Shown one piece after another: positions 11,658 to 20,772 of a stretch of 64,000 nt of DNA. How positions within the stretch are numbered: the first letter of the stretch is position 1; every line of letters begins with the position of its first letter. The position numbers and the translations under genes were made by a program. Below the pieces are notes generated by a model that saw only the letters and a program-made list of their open reading frames with translations, had not been told where the DNA came from and did no database searches. The stretch is from Giardia intestinalis (lineage: Eukaryota): the NCBI GenBank assembly GCA_000002435.2, contig CM018792.1. One strand, 5' to 3'.

Positions 11658-13883
11658 ATGTTCGGTAGTTTTATATTCGCGGGCCTAGCCATCCAGATTG
11701 CATGGGCAGAAAAAGTAGCAGAGCACGTGCGGGAAGTTCAATGCGCAGATAACACTAATTGTGCAGCAGACGCATGTAACGTTCTGATTGGCGATAAGCT
11801 GTACTGTTCTCAATGTGACGCAGGATCTGTTCCTATCAATGGAAAATGTGTAGGCAAAGATGGTGCAACAGATAAGTGTAAAGATAGCTCCGGAGGCAAT
11901 ACAGCCGATCAGACCTGTGGACAGTGCGCTGGTCAGACTTTCATGTACAAGGGCGGGTGTTACGAAGCAGCCCAGCAGCCCGGACAGACCATGTGCACGC
12001 AAGCCTCTGAGGGAAAATGCACACAAGCCGCGCAAGGATACTTCGTGCCACCGGGCGCAGATGTCTCTCACCAGTCGGTTATACCGTGCGGAGACGCGAC
12101 GGGCATAACGCTTGGCGATAAGACATACACGGGCGTGGCCGGGTGCACTACCTGTGACGGGTCTGCACTGACGAGCCAAGCTAATGGAGTTGCTAAGTGT
12201 ACTGCGTGCGGCCCTGATGCGCAGCAAACCGCGAGGATTGTTAAGACGGACGGGGGCGCGACGTCGTGTGTGACGGAACAGGAGTGCACCGGCACTGAAG
12301 GGTTCTTCGTCGATACAACGGGCGGTAAAAAATGCAGCAAGTGCGCTGAGACATGCAAGACCTGTAAGACTGGGGCTGCGAAGTGCACCTCCTGCAAGGA
12401 TGACAAGCCGTACCTAAAGAAGGATGACGAGTCCACAACTGGCACGTGCGTTGACGCAAACGGCTGCCCGGCAACTCATTACGTTGATAAGGAAGCAAAG
12501 GAGTGCAACACCTGCGCTTCCGGAGGGACGGTGGACTGCGCCACTTGTGAGAAAGGCCCCACCGGAGTGGTTTGCAAGACGTGCGGGCCTAATAAGAAGA
12601 TCCAGCCAAACAAGAAGGGGTGCGTTGAAAGCTGCCCCTTGAACTCCAACGAGGAAAAGACCTCTGGCGTTTGTGAGTGCGTCGAGGGCTACGTTCCCGA
12701 CAACGCGGGCACCGGGTGCACGAAGAAATCCGACCCCCAGTGCAACACCCCCGGCTGCAAGACATGCAGTGAGCCGAAGACAAGCAAGGAGGTGTGCACA
12801 GAGTGCGAGGGCACTAAGGCCCTCACGCCCACGGGCCAGTGCATCGATAACTGCGGAGATCTGGGAGGCTACTACGCGGGCACCAACGAGGGGGGCAAGA
12901 AGGCCTGCAAGAAGTGCGAGGTCGAGAACTGCCTCCTGTGCAACGAGAACGGACAGTGTGATACCTGCAAGGACGGATATTACAAGAGCGGAGCCGCCTG
13001 TGCCAAGTGCGATACCTCGTGTAAGACGTGCGCGAACGGGAACTCCAACGGGTGTACGAGCTGCGAGCCTAAGAAGGCCCTCAGCTACGAAGGAGAGGGC
13101 AACACGGGGACGTGCAAACCAGGATGCGAGCCAAATGCTAACAACTGCGAGAAGTGCGAGCTGACGGTCAATGGCACGGCCTACTGCTCCAAGTGCAAGG
13201 ACGCCGGCCAGTTTCCGCAGAACGGAGTCTGCTCGGCGGCGGCCGGAAAGGCCATTACGTGCACTACTCAAGGAAGTGGTGTTTGCAATAAATGCGCCAA
13301 CGGGCTTCTTCGTATGAACGGGGGCTGCTATGAGACGACCAAGTTCCCCGGAAAGAGCGTCTGCTTAGCCGCAGCAGAAGCGAGCGATGCTTGTCAGACT
13401 CCGGCCGACGGGTACAAGCTGGATAACGGCGCGCTCACCACTTGCTCGGCCGGATGTAAGACGTGCACCAGCCAGGACCAGTGCGACACGTGCAAGGCTG
13501 GATATGCTAAGACTGGCGGTAACACTCAGAAGTGTGTTCCCTGCGCCACTGGGTGCTCCGAGTGCAATGCGAACGATGCCACCAAGTGCACGGTGTGCGC
13601 TGCAGGGTACTACCTGTCCAAAGAAAAGTGCATAGCATGCGACAAGAGCGACGGGGGATCCATCACCGGCGTCGCCAACTGCGCTAGCTGCGCCCCTCCA
13701 TCGGCTGGTAGTGGCTCCGTCCTCTGCTACCTCATAAAAGATGGTGACAGTACCGACGGAAGCACGAACAAGAGCGGCCTTTCTACCGGTGCCATCGCGG
13801 GGATCTCTGTCGCAGTCATTGTCGTCGTCGGAGGCCTTGTGGGCTTCCTCTGCTGGTGGTTCATCTGCAGAGGGAAGGCGTAG
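11658..13883 (+). CDS. vsp: Variant-specific surface protein (VSP), 741 aa, right-arm copy. Protein-identical to 5586..7811 and head-to-head with it.
   Basis: Same 741-aa translation as the left copy. AT-rich initiator context caatttatcagattggttaATG. AGTAAAC polyadenylation signal at 13896..13902. Confidence 0.95.
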   Translation: MFGSFIFAGLAIQIAWAEKVAEHVREVQCADNTNCAADACNVLIGDKLYCSQCDAGSVPINGKCVGKDGATDKCKDSSGGNTADQTCGQCAGQTFMYKGGCYEAAQQPGQTMCTQASEGKCTQAAQGYFVPPGADVSHQSVIPCGDATGITLGDKTYTGVAGCTTCDGSALTSQANGVAKCTACGPDAQQTARIVKTDGGATSCVTEQECTGTEGFFVDTTGGKKCSKCAETCKTCKTGAAKCTSCKDDKPYLKKDDESTTGTCVDANGCPATHYVDKEAKECNTCASGGTVDCATCEKGPTGVVCKTCGPNKKIQPNKKGCVESCPLNSNEEKTSGVCECVEGYVPDNAGTGCTKKSDPQCNTPGCKTCSEPKTSKEVCTECEGTKALTPTGQCIDNCGDLGGYYAGTNEGGKKACKKCEVENCLLCNENGQCDTCKDGYYKSGAACAKCDTSCKTCANGNSNGCTSCEPKKALSYEGEGNTGTCKPGCEPNANNCEKCELTVNGTAYCSKCKDAGQFPQNGVCSAAAGKAITCTTQGSGVCNKCANGLLRMNGGCYETTKFPGKSVCLAAAEASDACQTPADGYKLDNGALTTCSAGCKTCTSQDQCDTCKAGYAKTGGNTQKCVPCATGCSECNANDATKCTVCAAGYYLSKEKCIACDKSDGGSITGVANCASCAPPSAGSGSVLCYLIKDGDSTDGSTNKSGLSTGAIAGISVAVIVVVGGLVGFLCWWFICRGKA

Positions 13884-13895
13884 ATGTACTTAGGT

Positions 13896-13902
13896 AGTAA
13901 AC
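13896..13902 (+). terminator. Giardia polyadenylation signal AGTAAAC (AGTRAAY consensus) for the right VSP copy. The mirror on the minus strand is at 5567..5573.
   Basis: Exact AGTAAAC 13 nt downstream of the TAG stop. The same motif class follows RPL13A (around 25691) and overlaps the EF-2 stop (38002..38008). Confidence 0.7.
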
Positions 13903-16900
13903 GCGTTGCTGTGCGTAGCCTGTGATACTCAACCCACTACGGACCCCTGCACAACGCGCAGGGAAGCAGAAAATCCAAAAACAAGCGGTGATGCCGCCCC
14001 ATGTGCCTGCTGCCTCGCGGTCAATCAGAGGACGGCTCGGGTGCCTCTGCTGACCCTCAGCCCCACTGCCGGCTCCTTTCCTGGTGGCTCTACATCCCTG
14101 GAGAGCCAGCCTCCACGCCTTCCCTGTACGAGTCGGGTCTCTGCGGACCCCCGTGCATCGGCGCTCTCCTCTCAGCCTCTGTAGTACTCTCATCCCTTTG
14201 GATTATGTCTGCGACTCCCGGCTGTCATGGGGAATCGCACTCAAGGACAGTCCCTTGCAAGATCCCGAAAGAAGGTTACAGTGGTCGCTAGGGTCCATGA
14301 AAGGTGTGAATCAGCATAGAGTAGCTCGTGAGACCCTCTGATCTATTGGGAATGCATGGCGCTATTTCTGATCTTTTGTAATGAATACTTTAAGACACTC
14401 CATCACCTGACAAGGTGCCAGGGGGCTCGGAAGGCAGCCAGCCCTCCCAGATCTGGACAAGAGGGAAGAACCACCCAAAGCGTGCTGCCTCCTGAGCCAG
14501 TAAGCCAGGACTCATATCACCCCAGATCATCATAGTGCTACCGCTGTCCACTATGGAGGCACTCTGACCCACGGTGCCTGAGGTTGTTGGTGCAGGCGAC
14601 AAAGGAGTCTCTTATTAGGTACCATCAGTGGAAGGAGCGGGGCCTGGGTGTCGTGTCCCTCTGCCAGTGATCGGCACCCTTTGTTGTGGGTACTAGAGTG
14701 GCGGGATCTCCCACCCGCTGACAAGGAGCTGGGAGATCTTCGCTTGTCATCCTCAACCCGGGCTGCGGCTGGCCCTGGGCAGATAGACAATGAGCACAGG
14801 GATCCCGTCCCCCGTCGTAAACCACGCCACACGGAGAGGGCGTAGTAGCTCGGTGCATCTCCCTACGTTACACGGCGCAAAGAAGAACGGCCCTTTGGTG
14901 CGTAGCTCTGGGAGCCTGCAGAGCCCAACCGAGGGGACCACATCCTGGTGCTGACTTCTGATACGGTTCGGTAGAGGCCAGCTCGATGCTCGCAAGCTTG
15001 TGAGAAGCACCAGGGCCGGCACATGCACCTGGACAGCAACGCAGACACACATCTCGGATGCAACTCCGCTAAGGATCTTGCGAGGGGTCGGCCTGGGTCA
15101 GTGGTGGAAGGACTTGTGCGCAAGCGCTCCATGCATCAGGGCCACTCGAAACCACGAAAGCTCGGCGGCGCTGGCGCACATGTGAACGCGTGGCGGCCTA
15201 CGGGTGGAAAGGCTGGGCGCGCATAGCAACACGCCTATGAGAGCTATGCACAGCGCAGTGATCCGGCTGACTTCTCTTGTAATACGGAGCATCGGCTGCG
15301 GGCATGTGCTCTTGAAGAGTGGGGGGCATCCAGATGAGTAGTGCAGACGTGAGTGCAACTGGCGGCGCTCAGAGTATGCATTGAGTGGACAAGTAGGGGA
15401 CAAGAGCTTATGGCACCACCTGGTCGATGGATGGCTCAAGATGTGTAACGTATAGCAATCCTTCGACAGGAGGTGATGATTGCCCGACAGATGCCAGAAC
15501 AGATGTGTAGATTGGGGGCCCTGGTGGTGGTCTGCCACAGGAGGACGCAGGCAGTATCCGTCTGGATAATAGATACGCTGACTGTCACCGGTTTGCACAG
15601 TACACCCCTACAATCGATCATCTCACCGTGTGTGAGGAAGAGATGAGGCTCCTCGAATTTAGAATAAGTGGACCTTCAGTAAACTCTGCTCTGCTGCAAA
15701 TGCATAAAATCAAAAAGCAGCCTCCAACTCATCTGCAAGTTCTACGGCCTTTCCACGCTTAGGAGCCGAGGAGGCACTACAGGTGTCCCTGCTGTAATCC
15801 GGACTAATGGCTAGTCTCTGTAGCCCCAGCCTTACCCCACTAGCCCGCCGGGCACATCTACGCTTTCTGTGCGAACCGACTCTCCGGGAACCGCCATGCA
15901 CGGATAGTCTTCCGAGCACTTAGAAGACACCATCCTCTACTGAGGCGTGTCATCAAGGGCCAGGTACTAAGGCGAGGATGGCCAGAGACAGACCCCTCGC
16001 AGTCCTGTTCAACATTAGCAGCGAGCATGCAAACGAGTGTGCGGTCTTGACGTGCACTGTGATCCAGGTGCCTGGCAGGCTGGGCCCATAGAAGCTAGTG
16101 TGCAGGCCCCGTCGCTAGCCTGTACACAAGCCGTGGTCCACATCGAAGGACAGCGGAGGATTCTGCAGCCCCTTCTGGGTGTACAGCCGTCACTATGGAG
16201 CGCGGCGAGCAGGCATCTGCACAGAGGTCGCGGGCTCGCTTAGAGGCGTGTAGACAGCCGACGCCCCGCCTTGTTGCAATGAGAGCTCGGAGATCAGGCA
16301 GCCGCTCCACCCATCGGCCATCATGTGAATATACACGCACCGTCAGAGAAGACCACTACAGTGCCTAGGCGACACCCCAAGCGTATGCGCCCCCGCTATA
16401 ATAAACAAGTGGCAGACAGACCAGCAGCGGAAGCAGCAGGGGTATGCCGAGCTGGTGTAGGGCGCATGGTTAGAACCACAGCTCTCTGGGACAAAGACAG
16501 TGCACTGCTCGGACACCCCGTTGCATCCGTCCGTGCTATTCGTAGGCTGCAGCGCCTGGCAGGCCCTCAACTAGCATAGCGCGCCCTCGAGCCGCGCACC
16601 CAGCATGCAGGGCCAGGACGGCTGACCCTATGCGAAGAGGCGCCCTCCCAGGAAGACGACAGTCGCCATCGCCGCCCAAGTTTTTTAGCATTCAAACGCG
16701 GGCCCGATGATCACGCTGGCTTCCCTGGCTTTTGCACTGCCTGTCGAGCCTGGCTTCTGGCCGGCCTGGGATGGCTGACAGGAGCGTACAGGTCGGTGCC
16801 CTGGTTGCCGGGCCCAGCCTTCCATCCGCACTTGATGCTGAGCGATAACCCGAGCGGCGCAAGTGGTCTTCTTCGCTCTACATGCAGTGAGCCGCCCGGA

Positions 16901-19131
16901 CGGATGCACGACCGGCCGTCTGCCTCTGCTCTGCTTCTGGCCACCAGGAGGCCCTGGCTCGAGTGCGTGTCACGGGGCGCTGCCCGCAATGACAGGGGCA
17001 GCACATCACTTCTCGGGCCTTCCAGCCCATCAGCAGGTGATCCTCAGAGCGCACTTAGAGTCCGGGCAGACACACCGGCACGGACCCAGCCGCATTGCGA
17101 TGCCGCGATCTACCACGGACACTGCAGCCTCCGCAGTCACCCATTCTGCCTGTCTTCTGTCTAAGAGAAGAGACGCCGTGTTTGGCAGCGCCCGTGACTT
17201 ACCGCAACGGGCCAGTTTCCCAGCATATCTTGCCGGATGCCTCCCTTATACCGCACTGCCCTATTCTTCCTTACGACGAAGAGAACTCTGAGGTCCTGAC
17301 CCAGACGGAGCCCATTCCCATAACTTTGCTGCACTCATTGTCAGGCCCGTCACCACAGAGCGTCCACGCTGCGTCACTCTGGGCCTCGTCACCGATGTGG
17401 CCTCAGCTTGCAGGCCAGACGCCCATGGGCTCACAAGCCTCGCCTCCTGCATGCCCTAGAGACGGCCGGTGCCCTGTCCCGTCGCCTGGCGCAACGTCGG
17501 GCTCCATCAAGCGCGGCTGAAGAGGCCCGGGTCGACCCGCCGGCTGTACTGGCTGTGGCCACTATTCCTGCTTGCTGGGGTCTTCACTTCCGGGTACAGC
17601 AAGCTCTCTACCCAGCCCGGGCCCGACACTGCCAAGCCCCCAAGCCTGAGTCCCCCTCTCCACGAGAACGTGCCAGGTGTTTCCTGATAGCGCCCGTCAG
17701 TCCTGCGCTTCCTCAAAGCCATAGCCTGCACTGACCCTGGCAGTAGCGTATCCTGCAGCCAAGGGCTTCTGAGGCCTATCCCAGCGGTGGCCGTCGGGCC
17801 TCTCCAGGCCCACTCTTTCTTGACGACGCGTCCTGTAGCGCAGACACGCCGCCCCCTACCGAGCTATGTTGTGCCAGGGCGGTAGAAGAGGCAGGACCCA
17901 GAGGACGGTGAGGAGTCGGCTTCACCTGGACGAGATCACCCATCTTCCTCGCCCGAAGACTGGGGACTTGTTGTTCTCTGCCGCATTCGATGGGGCCGAC
18001 CCCTTCTCCAACTCGTACGGGGGCAGCAGTGGAGGCCGCTTCAGATTGAAACAACATGAGGGTCGTCGGCCCATTGGATGGTGCGGCTCTGGGCCAATCA
18101 CCAGGATGCAGCATCCCTGCCCCTGTACTAATAGCCGCAGAGCCTATAGAAGCCATGATGGTCAGTCACTACCCCGTGGCTCCTGCATCCTCCGGTCCGC
18201 CGACCTTACAACGTGAGCCCGCACACTAGCTTCCAGAGTGTGATGTCACCTAGTAGTTGTGTCGCCGCAGACAGAAGCCTGTGGTAGCGAATTGCATAGT
18301 AATGGGTTTGCACTCCGTGGACAGAGGCCCGCAGCATCTTCGGTGCATTAGTCGCCTCACTTCTTGTTCCCTCAGAGAGCTCTTTCTGAGGCCGCCTGTA
18401 GCATTTAAGTCCTGCGTCTTAATATGGACATCGTGTGTGTCTGATAACCTTGTACACCAATCCTAACCACGGTTCAGTGCTTAGAAATATATGAAAGATC
18501 ACCCCTTCCAAGAATACAGTAGCCTTCTGCACGTTTATGGGATATGGGAAAAGTATAATAGTTCAACGAAGTCTATACTACGGCCTACAAACCATGGAAA
18601 CTAGTAGTCATTTAAACTGCGCTTTAGAAAGGTTGGACATTTAAGACAATCTCAAAGACCTGGTTATCGTGATCAATACTCTAGAAATCCATACTTGAGC
18701 ATCGATAGACTGTTGTTCAAAGAGGAGTTGTGGCCTCAAGCTTAAGCTATTGATATTTATCAGTGTGTTTTAGGAAATCAGCTCCTTTCAACATACAAAA
18801 GAGTATAGCGAGAGCATCTTATGTAGACTCCTAATCCTTGGCGTGTAGACCGATGACTAGCGTCCCTGAAGACTTCCGTCAAGTAATCTTGCATAGCGTC
18901 AAGTCTGTACACATGGAGTCAGGTGTGATGCACCTCTTCTAGTTGCATCTGTGAGTACATTCATAAAGAGGCACTTCAGATATCTGATTGAGGCGTACCA
19001 ACTTCATCTATGCAACGGGCTCAACAGAGGAAGAAAACCTCTGAGCTCGTTATGCAACTCTCTATTTGGTACAGGTGCTATTCACTAACGAACCACTTAA
19101 TAGAGTACTTGGTTTGCAGGAAGACTTTTCA

Positions 19132-19650
19132 TCAATTAGACGCTGGCTGATATGGAGCAGAAAGGGCCCTTGCTGGGCCCACTGAGGAAACGCGAATAGA
19201 GGCGTTGCTGAGTATCAGATGCTCTTCCCAGAGGCCTGCCCGTTTACCGCCATACCTGTCGCGCTTTGACTTAGATAGGTGTTCCTCTTCCTCCTTGCAC
19301 ACCCGCGCGTCGTACCACTCGTTGTATCCAGCTGCTATCGCGTCGGATTTGCACTGGAGGAGCGCTGTCCTTCGGCGCTCTGCCTCCTGCTGCGCCCTTT
19401 CTGCGCGGTGCTTGGCGACTGCGCGGTCGTGAAAGTCGAACAAGTGCCTGCTCATGGCGATCTTGCGGGCCGCTCTGTACACCTCGCCGGCCTTTTCCGA
19501 ACGCCGCCAGAGGGCCTGGCTTCGGCGGTCCGCCGCTTCCTCGACAGAGCGCGTCCTCCGGAGGGGCTGCGCTAGCCGCGCGACAACGTGGCCGGGCAGC
19601 GGCCTCCTGAAGGGCTGGCCAGACGGGACCGTGAAGTAGCTGAACGCCAT
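19132..19650 (-). CDS. Hypothetical protein (172 aa). The C-terminal 108 codons lie inside the inverted repeat and are duplicated at 14..337 (+).
   Basis: ATG-initiated ORF with a charged coiled-coil-like stretch (AERAQQEAERRR). It is GC-rich like the repeat arms. No recognisable domain. Confidence 0.35.
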   Translation of the reverse strand: MAFSYFTVPSGQPFRRPLPGHVVARLAQPLRRTRSVEEAADRRSQALWRRSEKAGEVYRAARKIAMSRHLFDFHDRAVAKHRAERAQQEAERRRTALLQCKSDAIAAGYNEWYDARVCKEEEEHLSKSKRDRYGGKRAGLWEEHLILSNASIRVSSVGPARALSAPYQPASN

Positions 19651-19854
19651 CCTTTTCTTTCCACCCGGGTCAGCAGGTCAGCAGGCTCGCACCCGTCGCA
19701 GGCCTCCCGGCGCGCCCGGAGTAAGCTTTGGGGATGCCCACATTTCAGAAGTATTCAAATCCTAACTACATTACATAGTCATAATCTCAATACGAAGAAA
19801 CAGTCGGCCTACTAAGTTACCAATGGACGTACCAAGCAAGTTAATGGGAGCTAT

Positions 19855-20595
19855 TCACTTTGTGAAGGTCTTAGAAAAGTATTCCTTCTTCTTTTCGGGA
19901 TCAGGAATAATGAAGTCGTTCTTCTCAGGAGTCCAGCCGCACGGGATGACACCGCCGGTTTTATCAGCGTACTGGAAGGCCTGAATCATACGCATAGCTT
20001 CTTCGACAGAGCGACCCACAGGAAAATCGTTAATTGTAACATGGCGTACAATTCCTTTATCGGAGACGATAAACATGGCACGCAGAGCAAGACCCATTTC
20101 CTCAACGAGTATGCCAAAATCACGTGCCATCTTATGATTCGTGTCGGCGAATAGATCACATTTGCAGGGCCCGATCCCCCCGTCTGTCTTATTCTGAAGG
20201 CACCAAGCGTGGTGGCTATAAACAGTGTCTGTCGAGCCAATGATAATCTCAGTGTTATACTTCTTCTTCAGTTGCTCAGCCATAGAGGAAAAATGAATGA
20301 TCTCAGAGGGACAGACAAAGGTGAAGTCGGCTGGATAGAAGAAGATGATCAGATATTTGCCCTTGTAATCTGCAAGCTTACGCTTAGTAAACTTGAGTTC
20401 AGGGGTAAGGACCTCCACTTCAAAGTCGGGACAAGGGGTGCCTGGAATGGGAACGGAACTGGTTGTCTTGAGCTGCATGCAGACTTCTGTGTCGCCAAAC
20501 TTCTCACACTTATCAGGTATGCACGTATTCTTATTCACGGTCAGCGTACAAGCAGCCGCAAAGGCAACCGAGATAAGACATATCAGCAGTAGCAT
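19855..20595 (-). CDS. Typical 2-Cys peroxiredoxin (thioredoxin peroxidase) with an N-terminal signal peptide
   Basis: FFYPADFTFVCPSEI peroxidatic-Cys motif and VIPCGW resolving-Cys motif. A hydrophobic N-terminus MLLLICLISVAFAAA is predicted. The ORF runs in frame up to 20739, but that 48-aa Arg-rich extension is probably not translated. Confidence 0.9.
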   Translation of the reverse strand: MLLLICLISVAFAAACTLTVNKNTCIPDKCEKFGDTEVCMQLKTTSSVPIPGTPCPDFEVEVLTPELKFTKRKLADYKGKYLIIFFYPADFTFVCPSEIIHFSSMAEQLKKKYNTEIIIGSTDTVYSHHAWCLQNKTDGGIGPCKCDLFADTNHKMARDFGILVEEMGLALRAMFIVSDKGIVRHVTINDFPVGRSVEEAMRMIQAFQYADKTGGVIPCGWTPEKNDFIIPDPEKKKEYFSKTFTK

Positions 20596-20772
20596 TTTTA
20601 TTGGGCCTTTTTCGTGTAAATTACTTCCAGCTTCATTCTTTAACACGATACTGCATCTGCGCCTTCGTCTCCCCCTCCTCTCACAATAGTGCCCCTTCCT
20701 GCATAATGCTAACTGCTTTGCAAGAGCCTGTAGTGTCACATATATCTTAGAGGTATATGCTTAAAATATAAC

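Larger units (their letters stand above)
11045..19468. repeat. Right arm of the giant inverted repeat. The outer end cannot be determined because the left arm runs off the window.
   Basis: Reverse complement of 1..8424. Only 3 SNPs were found by comparing mirrored ORFs (left 3345/right 16124, 5304/14165, 5315/14154), so identity is >=99.9%. Confidence 0.93.

Noticed and set aside
20596-20739. 48-codon upstream extension of the peroxiredoxin ORF
   Set aside because: Arg-rich junk preceding a perfect signal-peptide Met. The start is placed at the internal Met.
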